Shown one piece after another: positions 16,870 to 30,490 of a stretch of DNA of 64,000 bases. The DNA is from Paraspadella gotoi (taxonomy: Eukaryota; Animalia; Chaetognatha). The position numbers were made by a program, and so were the translations under genes. The notes beneath the pieces were generated by a model that was given only the letters and a program-made list of their open reading frames with translations, was not told where the DNA came from and searched no databases. Numbering within the stretch: position 1 is the stretch's first letter; each line of letters opens with the position of its first letter. The stretch lies in the NCBI GenBank assembly GCA_051294375.1, contig CM119269.1:18054410-18118409 (forward strand), read 5' to 3'.

Positions 16870-17387
16870 ATTCCTTCCCTCCATTGTCTATTCATCAGTC
16901 CATAATTCAATCCCATCTCCACTTTCTTCTTCTCCTCTTCCTTTCTACTTACCTTACCCCTTCTTTTTTCTCACGTTACCATCATCTCCCCTCCTTTTCC
17001 TTAAATCATTCCCTCTCATAATTTTCATATTTTTTCTCAGGAAACTTTTTTGATTTTCGGATTTCATCTTTCCATTGTTCCGACGACGACGACGACGAAC
17101 GACGACGACGACGCCGACGACTAAAAAAAAGGACTTTTCTCGTCTCGCTAAAATCCTCGTTTGCATCCACGAGTGCGATCACGTTGCGCGCGCGCATCCT
17201 CGATCATTTCTCTTTTCCGAATCTAAAATCTAAATCTAAATGCCTATTTCTGCTCTCTTCATCTTTACTTACATCTACTTATTTACTAAGCCGCTTACCA
17301 AATCTTTTCTCTACTTTTGCCATTCTCATTCTATGGATGCCATGACCCCCCCCCACCTTTCCTTCACCTATCCAACATCTCTCTCTG
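16074..17387 (+). repeat. Apparently identical direct copy of 13546-14859
   Basis: Identical ORFs recur at an offset of 2528 nt; both copies end at a 25-N gap. Confidence 0.9.
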
Positions 17388-18665
17388 NNNNNNNNNNNNN
17401 NNNNNNNNNNNNGGGAGAGAGAGAGAAAAGATGAGCATTGAGCAAGAGAAAAAAGGAAAGGCATTAAAAAAGAGTTGATCGAAATGTTCTTTTGTAAAAG
17501 AGAGCTCCGAAGACGTGACTCTTGATTTCTTCTTTCAATTAACGAATCTAATGAGTTGGATCACGAGTCAAAGACAGCAGAGCTGTAGGGTCGTCGTCAG
17601 CAACGACAAAGCAGACAACAACGACGACGTCGTGATTCGATCTTTTGTCTTTCACCTCACGAATCAAAGAGGGCGGGTACATCGTTTAAGCGCGACGCAG
17701 GTTAGGAAAGGGGAAAATATTCCATGCATTTTGAATTTTAGGGGAAAAAAAGAGAGAGAGGATGACAAAGGGAGAGAGAGGAGGAATATGATAAAAAGGA
17801 ATTCGGACTCAGAGATGAACAAAGATATAATGCTGGAATAAGGAGGAAGATATAAGAAGACAAAGTGTGAGAGGTTAAGAATTGTGAGGAGGAGAAAGAC
17901 ATCGAGAAATGTGGAGGAAAAGTAGACAAGGACAAAGTGGGAATGTGAAAAGATATAAAGGGATTCAGAAAAAGGTTTGACAAGAAATAACAAGTTGGAA
18001 AGTTTTAAAAGAGATGATGATGATGAGGAAGCAAATAATGAACAAAAGGACAAAGGAATCGAATAAAACCGATTTGGTTATCGAGTAAAAGGCGACTCAT
18101 GCTTGAAGCTTCGTTTTTGTTCTGCTAAAATTGTTTTGGATCGTTTTGAATAAAAATAAATTTAAATTATCTAATTTGATGGTAAAATTAGGCTAGATAG
18201 AAATAATTTCAGCTTCGCTAAACCTATTCGATGAATTGATTTAAAAATGTCTACGATAGTTTAAAGACATATTTATTTCTCTTGGCATTTTTAACATTCC
18301 CTGTGATCAAAGACAAAGTATTTAAATATAGAAACAAAAATTGTTCAAAAACTTTATCTTCTTTATTTATTCTTTTTTTTTAACATTCTACTAGTTTGAA
18401 TTAAAAACCGTACTTAATTTTAACTTTTTTTGCCTCTTTTATGATCTCTGTTTTGTTCTTCCCCTTTATCTCTTTCCTTTTTTTTTTCTTTTTAAGTTTT
18501 TATTCACTGTTTTTCGTCATCACTTATCCTTTTTCTTCATTGGTTCTTTGTTTCTTGCCACCGCTCTTTATTTTTCTCTGTATCGGATTCGGCAACAGGA
18601 TTTACGAAGGCTGCCTTTCTTTTTCCTTCCGAGTTTTCTCTTCCTTCTTCCCCAGGTTTATGCTC

Positions 18666-18666
18666 T

Positions 18667-18714
<48 letters not shown>

Positions 18715-18733
18715 TCCCTCTTTTTTCTTAATT

Positions 18734-18769
<36 letters not shown>

Positions 18770-18781
18770 TCCCTCTTTTTT

Positions 18782-18837
<56 letters not shown>

Positions 18838-18850
18838 TCCCTCTTTCTTT
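18666..18850. repeat. (TTTC)n microsatellite
   Basis: Direct reading. Confidence 0.9.
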
Positions 18851-21534
18851 TCCTTTGCAAATTTCTTTTAAAAAGAAGATAAGACAACGTTTGCCGAGTA
18901 AATTAGTCTTCTTCTTTCCTTTTTCCTCAATCCTTTCAACTTCATTTCTCTCCGCCTCCCTCTCTCCTTTCACGTTACCACTTTCTATCTTCATTCATTT
19001 GTTGACTTTTTCCCGTCCCCCATTTTTTTTGTTGAATCAAGTTATCAAGGTAGACACTGACACGCCCTTATTAGTGTATCAAGATGGATTGCAGATTTCA
19101 AAAACGTTCAACACAAGTGATCACACATATATATACTACTTAAATTTAAAAACACCTTTTATTCGATTTGAAATTCTCAACTGAGAGATCCCGGTCGATT
19201 TTTATCTGGCTCCTTAAATATCAAAGTTAGCTTAGCGACGACATTTGTCAGATAACGATGACGCCTCTTTATTCGCGTATTTTAAACGTTTATTATATTG
19301 TAATATAATAAATAATTGAATATTATAGTTTTTAGAATATATATTTTTAATTAAATATTTAAGTATTATACTAATATAAATTAAGACAAAAATAGCAATT
19401 AAATGAGATCTGAATGCTTGCTTTCTTACCAAAAATGAGGAATTCAAAGAAGATTTTTTGCATAAAATAAAATATTAACTATTCTTGTTAAGTTCCTTAT
19501 TACATAATTAATATAATATAAAATTGTATATAAATGTAATATCATTGCGTTTTAAGTTACTATTATACGTGCTTTAATAAATAGGTAAACTTTGAGAAAA
19601 ACCTTGATAACAAAAGATTAAAATAACCAATAAAAGTAAAATTTTTTAAAAAAATAATAGCTAATTAATATTGATTTAATATTTAATAATAATAATAATA
19701 AAAAAAATTATTTTAAACTTACTGCAAAGAAAGAATTTAAATTATTTAAATTATTAATGAATATTTTTTATATTTTTTAAAGTAATTTTTTGTCAACTAG
19801 GTTCCTTGGATTGTACCCACGTAGGAATACGTGGATACGTGGGCGGAATACTATGGGGTGCAATGTGTATGTGGGCCACAATGCTAATGGGTTGGCAATC
19901 CAAGGGGCGCAAATTTTATGGGCCCAATAAACGTGGGCACAATCCTGCTACCACCGTATATAATTATAGATAAGTGAAAAGGATCCATTCAATATCATAA
20001 TAATGAATTTTAAGTATATTATGTTGAATGATCAGGAAGAAAACTTAAATACGATCTAATAAATATTACTAATTTGCAATAGCAATAACATAGAGTTGGA
20101 CGATTGGATCCTTTTTGTGTTTGAGGCAACATGAACGGGACTCATTTTCTGATATGGTATAAATAACTGTCTCTATTAATTTGTTTAATTTTCTGATCAT
20201 AATCAAACAATACTTTTCATTTATAAAACGTAGGAAAACAGAGAAACTTTTGAGAGGGAAAACTTAACCTCAAGATTTTAAAGAATTGTTTTGTTTTATA
20301 AGTTTTTTAAATCAAAACCATGTCAATTATTGATAAAATTTAATCGGAACTATTGTCTGTAAATAATGATAGATTGCTTTGTTAATTTTTCAATCAACCA
20401 AATTGAAATAAGTGAGTAAACAATTATGATTAAAAAAAATATGATAATATGATAACATTTTCATTGTTACACAACCGATGAAGGGCTAACAATTAGTCGA
20501 AAAATGTCCATTTTTATGTAAAACATTATTCGTTTATATAACCATTAAAACATTATTATTTCGTCTCTAAATCATAACAACAAATGAATATAATTAATAC
20601 AATGACTAAAACTTAAAAAAAATCGAGAATTTTTTATTAATGAAAAAAAGTTTGACTATGGATGCCAAACCCTCATCTCATCCTTTAATTATTGGCCTAT
20701 TATAGTTATAAATGAAACTATAGACATAGGAAAATGACTTCTATAAATATAATAATATTTAGAAGAAGGGGATAAATGTAAGCAAATCATATCCGTTAAA
20801 GCATTGTGTTTTTAGATAATATTCATTGTTAAAGAAATTATCTTTTATTACAATATTAATTATATTTATTGTTATTTATATTTGACATATATATAGATCA
20901 TATTTTATATTAATTTCTCTTTAAATATGGTGTCAGAACTGAATTTCAGTACGCACAAACAAAAAAATATTTAGAGCGATTTAATTCTAAAATGTTTTCC
21001 TATAAAAACACAGATAAAAACTAGTAAAAATCACAACATGCAGCTACTAAAAACCTTATAAAATTATTAAGCATTCTGAAATTATTATAAAATCATGAAA
21101 ATCATTATTAATAATACATATTGTTATTAAAAACTAAACTCATCGTCAGATTTCAACAGGGAAAGATGCTCTTTTTATGAAAAATTCGCGAATATCCGCA
21201 GGTTCGCTAGTATCTTTTGTTCTTGTTGACGGCTTGACCGGTCTTTAACATTAAAAAGATACGAAATGACGTATTCGATCTCGGATCTCTATGTCGATGC
21301 ATTAAACTGTAATATTTTTATTAACGAAAACTTATTTATATTATCGTCCTGATTAGTGTGCAAACGTTTTTTTATGAAACGATGTCTGTTATCTTACTAA
21401 ATTTGGTCTACCCTTATCACCCATTTTTAGCTTTTAGCTTTTTATATTTTTAGGTTCCTCGAAAATAAAAAGGGGTTCATAGTAAAATAATGAGCTCTCT
21501 CTCTCTCTCTCATCTCTCTCTTTCTCTCTCTCAT

Positions 21535-21566
<32 letters not shown>

Positions 21567-21577
21567 GTCCATTTCTA

Positions 21578-21612
<35 letters not shown>

Positions 21613-22415
21613 CTCCTCTCTCCTGTCTCTCTTCTCTCTCATCTCTCTCCTCTCTCTCTCTCTCTCTCTAATATTCCTTTACACTTTCATACTTTCCCTT
21701 TTCTCGTCTTTCATCGCAATCAATTTTATGTTGAAGTTTAAATTTTCTCTCCCGCCCAAACCTTTTCTTTCTTTTTCTCCCCCTTTTCGGCTTTCCTCTG
21801 TCTCTCCCTCCCATAACTCCTTTAACTCCCTCTCTATCAATTTCCTTTTTTTCTTTCTCAGTTTTATTCCCTTTCAACCAATTTGACTTTTACTCTCTTC
21901 TTTACTTTAGCGACGCCTCTCTTTGCCGGCGCCACTTCAATCAGTTCGGCGTGGCGTCTCAAAAATTCCAAGGCGCCACTTTCAAGTTCCATTGAGATCA
22001 AACTCTGTCCGCGTCGAACCCGCGCCGATCGCAAGCGGCGTTGCTTGGATCTCAATCACGGACGCTTCCTTCGTTTTTGCCCAGTGGCCGCCGCACGGCG
22101 CCGCAGTGACGACTTCGGCGGAGTCGCGGCGTCGGCGGCGGCGGCGCCTGGTTCGACGACCCTAATTTTCAGTGGCGAGGGAAGTTCACAGTGGGAGACG
22201 CCCGCTGTGACAGAAGCGGCGCCAGATGTGAGAGGACGTTGACTGTTGTGAGACGGATGCTGTAACTACAGTGAAACCAAATAAATGTTGGGCGATGATT
22301 AAGTCAATAGGGTGATATCGCATTTCGTGAGTAGTGACGGAACATGGAACTTACAGTAATAAATGAACTAATGAGGTAAATAAAAGAAAGAAATAAAGAA
22401 AACCCCAAAAAAAAT

Positions 22416-22510
<95 letters not shown>

Positions 22511-22520
22511 AGAAAGAAAG
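22416..22520. repeat. (GAAA)n microsatellite
   Basis: Direct reading. Confidence 0.9.
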
Positions 22521-23720
22521 CAAGCAAAAAAAAAAAATTAAAGTCCTTTAGGCAGTACAGTATTGTTTCATTTTCGAACTCAAATTAATTTTTTCTAAAA
22601 TTTTACTGAAAAAGCGAGATAATTTAGAGTTTGTCAAACGTGAGTCTCGAATCCCGAAAGAATTCCCTAGGGGTTTTGGGGACTCCACAGTCTGCAGTCC
22701 CCAGTCCCCAGCCCCCAGACCCCAGTCCTCACTCTCCAGGGGTCTAAATTTTATCTCTTCGTTTTAGTTTTTCGATCGACTCCAATTATTCCTCTCACTA
22801 CGAGATCTCACAAGGCGAGACTCGGCAGCGCCTCTCGCTGCTTTGCCATTCCATCCGTAACAAGTGGCGCCACACTTGCAGCATCCTGCGCCTATGTGAA
22901 TCAAAAAGGGACGAAAATGTATCACTGTGATCGACTAACTCCCTCCCTGAAAGGAAAATCACGACAATTTGTAGAAAGCATTACCTCAAACACAAAATGA
23001 TAACAAAAACGACGACAACGACAACAACCCATAAGTCTCGGTTCTCATCTTATTTCTTTTCCTGTTTACGAGTTGTCGACGACTTCCTTAAATTTCTCTC
23101 TAATGGAGTCGCTACTTTTTCATAAGTGAGTTTAATGCAATTATTAATCACGATCGATTTTTATTAATGTTTCGGAGAATTTGAAGAGGCGAAAGAGATT
23201 GTGAAAGAATTGTGCAGTGATTAGGTGGTACATCGTTGAGCAAGAGTGGTCTCCTCTTGAAGGGAGAGGTAGCAGAGCGTTATCTGTGCCGTTGGTTCTT
23301 CCAGTAGGTTTTGTTGGCTCGGAGACGCGGGCTGCGGTGTCGTTTTATGTTTTAATTACTTTTAGCGATGTGAGAAAAGTTATGATTAAGAGGAACTTGT
23401 AGTTCAGGAGGGTGCGTCAGATTGGTCACGTGTTAGGTAGTGTGATGTAAGTAAATAGTCAATGGTATAGCTTTCGCCATTTATCTATGGACCGGGAGTA
23501 ATGAAGGTTAAGTATAAGAATGTATTTGAGAGACAATGAATCTTCGATGACAGTTAGTTGAGATTTATCAGAATGATTCATGGAGATACTTGGAGTCAAT
23601 GTGTAAAACCATCCAATTTTTCATTTTAACTGTAGTGAGAGAGAACGAGAGATGAAGAGAGAGGAGATAGAGAGAGAGAGAAGGAGAAGAGAGGGAGAAG
23701 AGAGAAGAGAAGAAGAACAG

Positions 23721-23756
<36 letters not shown>

Positions 23757-23793
23757 GAGAGAAGACCAGAGGAAGAGAGAGGGAAGAGAGAGT

Positions 23794-23819
<26 letters not shown>

Positions 23820-23835
<16 letters not shown>

Positions 23836-24188
23836 AAGATCATCGCAAGTGACTCGATGAAGCGGCTCGATTGACGAGAAAAATCGTTTTTGGCGAAATA
23901 AAAACTCGCATTTTGTGTCAACGTGAGCGTCAGGCCGGAAAAGATATGAACGAAGGACCCGAAAAGAGTCGCGTGAAGAATCACTGATTTCAACAAATGC
24001 CCTTAAGCCAATGCCACCCCATAAAATGAAGGACGATGGAACTAGTAATATAACGAAATGCAGATGCGAAAACACGTTATGTTCGAATTATTTTGTAGAT
24101 TTGGATGAGTAGAACATCACTTTCAAAGCCCGGCCAAATCACGGTGATTTGTGAATTAACCTCGCGCATCAGGTCACGTGATCCGCGA
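23820..24188 (-). repeat. Noisy inverted copy of 34028-34427
   Basis: gaaaagagtcgcgtgaagaatcac and caggtcacgtgatccgcgaa are reverse complements of sequence at 34028-34270. Confidence 0.8.
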
Positions 24189-25809
24189 AAAGATTTCGGG
24201 AAGAAGATTGAAGGAAGAGAGAGATGAGATTGAGGGCAGAGCATAGAGAGGAGACGAGTCGATAAGAGAGAGATTGTAGAGCCACAGCGAATTGTCTTTC
24301 TGATTAGTCTCTCTTCATCGATGAGTCGACACGAGAGAAGAGATTAGGGGACGTGCATGGGTCGATCAAAATCATCGTGATCTGAGTTCATACTTTCATC
24401 TGTAAATGTCATCCCTCTCCACTATTTTCTATCTCACCGCGTTTTTGTGATTCGATCAAAGCTCGTCAATCGTCATTTTCCGTGCCGTTCTATAGGTCGT
24501 GACGCGTGCTCGAGCCTGCATCAACCTGCTACGTGCTTACATCGCGACTAGCATCTTTCGCGTATGATCTCACCACACACTCCATCTCCATATGAGTCAG
24601 ATTTTTATTTACTTCTACTTAAATTCATTTCTTCTCGTTTTGTTGGCTCGACTATTAGTTCATGGTTTTTTTCTCTCATATATATCGGTCAACTTTATTC
24701 AATCTAATACATATTGGAGATTCATTCTTTCTTCTATCATCCATACCAGTAGTTTGTTTGCATCTTCTCTACCCGATATTTGCAACTTTGTTCTTATTTA
24801 ATTGAACATTACTGTACCTTACCTTTCTTCTAATTTCTGTTTCTATTCATACTCATTTATGGAATAAGATAAGTTTCATTCACGGTACGCGTTCAGGAGT
24901 CTGTTATGGGAATTTGGACTGTGGTTTAACGAGCATTCTCCTATATGCAAAGCTCATTAAAGGTCATAATGTACGATATTAATTGCTCAATGATTTCACG
25001 GCAAGAGGACGGCCTTTTTTTTTAAAGTAAAATAGGTCCTGTGCAATTCACACTTCTTTAGACAAAGGTCAACAAGAGTAATAATTCAATAAGCGTATCT
25101 TGATTCTGAACATTTGCACTTTAACACTTTGATCTCATTCACCAGTAGCATTTATTTAGGATTATGATGACCATCATGCGAGTATTTCCCGCCAAAAACG
25201 GATTTTTTTCGTCTCAGATTATCAAATAGGAACCTCAGCACAAGCCTATTATCAATTTTATTTATAAATTATTTACGGAATTAAAAAATCTACTTAGGAG
25301 AGTTTTTAAATTTTTCCAATTGTATCTTGAAAGAATGTTTTTTAATAACTGAAGTTCCTAGCGGAACGCGGAATAGTCAAATACGCTATATTACATTTCA
25401 ATTAACGTTGCTTCAATGCATTTTATCAATATTTATCCTCGGTTTCAGGGCTGCAACTCTCAAATTGCAGTTTTAGTATTCATTGTACCTGAATTCTTCT
25501 AACCTATCTATCTACTGTAAGATCTTTGGTTCATGAATTGAAATCAAAGAGTACCGTAACAATTGTTTTTCTCTTTCCCCTTCTAATATTAACCATACTG
25601 TCTCTTAACTTTTACCTATACTTTTCTTAACAAACAGTTGGAAAAGATCTCTTAAATTCTTACTTATCCTAACAATCGTTATTTACCATTAAAAAATGAT
25701 TAAAAATGTTTCTCATATTACTACATTTTTTTCTATCTTCTTGGATGATTATATGACTTCGATATACTCTAATACATCAATTATTACGTATTGGTTATCC
25801 TGAATACTT

Positions 25810-26605
25810 TCTAAAAATATAAAGATTTATTGATTATATGTGTCGTGGAAATAACGGGATAAAAGTAACTATCGGCGAAAACATGAATTCGTCTTGTTTT
25901 AAATTTCACAGTGATTTCATATCTTGTTGTATTGTCCTTCTACCATTCTTTTTACTTAACACCTTCGTTTTATAATCTCTCCAGTTTTGAGTGTGTTGTT
26001 CTCTCCTTCTCTTATTTCTTTTAACTCTCGTCTCTCAATTTTCTCCCCTGATTATTTCCCCCTTATAATCCTCAGATTCGCCTTTGAGAGAATCCGGCGA
26101 AACAACCAGGATGACGGAATAATAATAGGGACGGAGATCGCGACGACGACGCGACACGACATACGAAGACGAGGAAAGTTGAAAAATTTAAAAAGTCGCG
26201 ATATAAGAATGATACACGATGACGACGATGATGACACGATCAAGACGAGGACGAATTAAGATGACAAGTGGAGAAAATAAAATGGTAGAGGAAAATGGAA
26301 ACAACGATCACAACACTTGAGAAATCATTGATATATTGTTAATTATAGCGAGCAAATTGCAAAACGGAAAAGAAACGAGGAGACACCATAAAGTAAAAAC
26401 TTTACTGTCACACAAAAAAGCTTGGGAACGCTCGGTATTACAATCTGATATTTGATATGACTGTATATAAGGGAATTGATCTTAGTGGGTTGTGTGTTGA
26501 GGTTAGTTTCGTTGGCGTTGCGCTGGTCGTGCGTTGGCGCGGGTTGAGCGTAGGAGGCAAAAACAACGGCGTCGAATTAACATCCGTGCGCGGTAGAGAG
26601 AGCGC
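25810..26605 (-). repeat. Noisy, deletion-rich inverted copy of ~30742-31690
   Basis: ggcaaaaacaacggcgtcg, gagaaatcattgat and gagaatccggcgaa match reverse complements in 30742-31360 in colinear order. Confidence 0.75.
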
Positions 26606-27214
26606 TTTTCTGGCACGAATAAGTCACGCGCTCAGTAAATTCCTCTGTTCCTCTGTCCTTCTCATATCTCTATCTCTCCTTTCCTCTCTCTTCTCTCTCT
26701 CTCTGCCTCTCTCTCTCCTTGTCATCTCTTCTGCGTGGCGACTCAATGTCTCTCAGATCTTTCTCTTCTGGGCCTCTTCTCTTACTCTTACTCTCTGATT
26801 CTACTCTAAGAGACGGTGAATCTATTGACCCTTCCTCTCTCTCAGTTCTCCTCTCTCTCTCTCTTCTCTCTCTCCCCTTTCCTTTCCCGTCCTCCAGCAC
26901 CCTGTTTCTTCATCTTCTGCTCTTCCCTCTTCCCTCTCCCTCTTCCCTCCCCTCCCCTCCCAGGTTGCCTCCCCGCTCCCCTCCCTCCGCCCCTTCCCTC
27001 CGCCCTCTTGCCAGTCATTCGTGATCGAACACTCCTCCCCGTCCTCCCCCCGCCTCGCCGTGCCCTTGTCATTGGCCAGTAATCAGCTATCATCTTGGAT
27101 AAGAGCTGGCGGATAGGCGCTGGCGTGTAAGCTCAGAGAGACAGCTCAGCGTCGGACGAGAGCAACATTTTCGGAGGGTCGCGATTGTGAGAGAGAGAGT
27201 GATCGGATTCACAA

Positions 27215-30200
27215 AGTGGAACAAAGGGAAAGGAAGGGAAAGGAGTTGAGCGGAGTGAAAATGGGTCTGTTAACAAATCCTGTGCGGTGAGACTTTGGAT
27301 GAAAGAAAGTGCAAGTGCATATTCGACTTTGATAATTGAAAGTCACCGCGGTTGAAAAAATGAAAAATGCATTATTAATAGATTTCCTATATCAGCGACG
27401 TAAAAACCAAAATATAGATAATGCGACGCCATATTCCTTTGTTCTCTTTTTTTATATCGTTTATTATGTTCATCTCTTCTCTAACAATTGAGCCAGAGTT
27501 TGTGTATTTATTTTCCGGACCTGATTTAAAGAAAAACCGCGGTTAGACTAAAATCAAGTTTTTAGCCGTGTCCATGATACCAAAGTCACTGAGTACAGTA
27601 CCCAGTACCAGTTACGAATTTAATAACTGCGTTTCCGGGAAGACCGCCTCGTAATCTAGAACTCGCTAAAGCTGTACGACAGTGCGTACAAAAAGGGATG
27701 ATGAATGCGTAAACAATGCGTAACAAATAACATACAGTAAAAAGTAACGAGACTGTTTCTTTCCTGCGGTATCACGTAGTAACATCACGCCGGGGCTTTT
27801 TCAACCGTAACCTGTCGCGGGAACAGCCAAGAATGTTTTTTTTGAAAAATTAGTAGAAAGTAGAAACAACAAACAACGTCGATTAGAAGTTTCATCCAAA
27901 TCACGGTTACGACATGAAGCAATGTGGCGGCGGTAGCTCAATCGAGTGAAGCCTTTTAACTGCATAACCTGCTAAGTAACTGGTCTCAATTCGACCAGGA
28001 GCCTACTGAAAGCCGAAGGACGGCCTCGGAAGAGTGGAGATCCCCAAACCCTTGGTCCTCAAGGCCAGGAACCTGTTCCATTGTTGTCTCGTCGTGCTAC
28101 TCGCCTCAATATCTTAAATGTATTTACAAATATAGTAGTTTAATATTTTTACATCCTATTAGTATCGCGACGCTCAAACGGATGCAGCCCTGAATTATTT
28201 CGAATATCAATTTTCGAAGATTAGAAAACGACGATAACACAATCAACAACGACTAACGAATCGATCAGATTAATTCTTTCGCTTTAAACGAAGATCTTCC
28301 GCCTTTTCCCTCGAGATGACGAAAGAGCGATAAAGCTGAGGATCCCGATTGGGCTTTTCGTGGCTTGAATACACTCCTGACGATGAATACGTAGATGTTT
28401 GGCAATCTGAACGTGAACTAGGAAACGAAGTACGAATGGGCCGAGCCGTCCGTTAATCCCCGAGTGAGCAGTGGATGCCTGGGGGACATCGTGATATGAG
28501 GGGGAAGTGACTGAATAAAATCTTCAAATTATTCTGGAGTAAAGAAGACTCAGAAAAAGGCCGAGAAGCAACGAAACGACTATAGTAATAATTAATGAGA
28601 GGCTAATGCATTGAACTAGTGAGAAGCATTCGGCGTAGAAGATCTCGCCCTAATTGAGACGTTATGATGAGAAGGCTTATATTTCTTCTTAATTGGCCGC
28701 GCGTGCACGATGCACGACGAACCAAGATACGCGCGACGCACCGATGCGACGCATGACGACGACTGAGCGACGACGCAGAAAACCACGACGAACCGACGAA
28801 GTTGTCTACAACACGCGCGCCTCTGACCGCGAAACGCCGAGAAAACGCCACTCGGCCGAAGTGAAATCCTTCTCTTCTATGACAGGATTTGACAGAGAGA
28901 GAGGGAGAGAAGGCAAGAGAGAGAGGAAGAGGAGGTGAGAGAGAGAGGAGATGACGAGAGAGAGATATCCATTCCAAGACCGTGCGCCAGCATTACAGGT
29001 CTCGATTGACGGCCGGGTCGCGACCGAGGATCTTTTATAGATATCACTGTCTGGACGGCGACAATCTCTTGGGTCGCACTTTGGCAGATCTCTGTTTGGG
29101 CATGTCAAAACCAGGAAGCAACACGCAGTCTCTACTGATCAATGTCTACTATCGTATATGTTTGCATTGTTCAGACACCAACCAATTACTCAATAAAAGT
29201 TCTGCTTGTAGGAAAAAGATCAAATTAGACTGTTACCATTTATGAAAATCGCGTACATACTCAATATAAATATCCGGTTCATTTAATAAATAAGCTATCT
29301 TGCCCCTGACCTCTTGGGACAGGCTTTGGTGAGTTTAAGCCTCCATCATCTGCAGCTCTTTCAGATTAACTCTCTAAAAATCTCGTTTATTCACTCCCTT
29401 ATCTGTTAGTCCTGCAGATTAATCTATTTAAAATGTTTCTAATTAATGTAAATGCATGAAATTTTTAGGAGCATACAGCATCAAATAGCCCGCCTCTCCC
29501 AACACAATGTCCAGGACAATTAACAACGACGTCCAACTGGACAAAAGTGAAAACAAAACGGAATCAACGATATAAGGCTTGGTCCCATACGCATTATGAC
29601 TTAAAGAAGCAAAAAAGTGTACTTGAAAAAATATTTCTTCCTCTTGTCTTTCCATTTGCGCTCTTAATAGAGAAGCAATCGTTTTTGCTTTTAAATTTTA
29701 TGTTATATATTGGTAACAACGTATGTTATATGTTATATATTATTTAATGACATCTCGATTATGATTTTACCGATATATTTGATAAGCGATTATGATTTTA
29801 AAGAAATGTCGATGAAAAAAAGCTCGACATTGAAAAAAAAAAATGAGTTTGCCCCTTTGTCTTTCAAAAGCGTCTTATGAGGGAACATCGGGTTTTTGCT
29901 TCTAAATTTATTGTTAGTACTGAAATTGGTACAATTTCCCTATGTTATATGCTTAATGTTATATGTCTTTTAAAAAAAGGAAAGTTATGCATACCGATCT
30001 TACCACTTCATTAGATCTGGAAGATACCAAAAAGTTGTTATGTGACATTTTGTGTCATTGTGTCAATCCTTTCTGTTCCGTTATTCATTCTTACGAGATA
30101 ATACAAAGAAATTTGACATTGTTTACAACGATTTCTACTTTTGGTACATAGGGACTGCAACTGTTCTAAATGCGCTGCTGAGACTCGGAAAAATATGAGT

Positions 30201-30490
30201 CGCAACAATGTCCATTTCCAAAATAAAATCGTGTAAACTATTCAAATTCATTGAGTTATTACTGCTTTAAAATTGTTTCAAACATTTTTTCACAATTTCA
30301 CTAGACAAAGAACTGGCCTGCATCTGATTACCTTCTCTCTCCATTCAGAGATGAATTGAGTAGAATAACCATTTTTTGTAACCATTGCATCGAAAATATT
30401 TGCCGTTTTAATTTTTCTGTCTATTGCTCTTTTTTTTTCGCCATGAAGAAATTTTGTATGGTTGGATAATTGTCCCGTTGGAAAGCCTTC
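27215..30490 (+). repeat. Noisy, insertion-rich direct copy of ~35010-38125
   Basis: Colinear over ~3.2 kb; differences are dominated by single-base insertions. Confidence 0.9.

Noticed and set aside
21186-21212. Helitron-like 3' end (GCGAA...TTCGC then CTAG-T)
   Set aside because: The 5-bp stem overlaps the CTAG, unlike typical Helitron spacing, and no second copy was seen.
21883-22242. GC-rich island with ORFs on both strands
   Set aside because: No frame joins plausible splice sites without stops and there is no recognisable protein motif.
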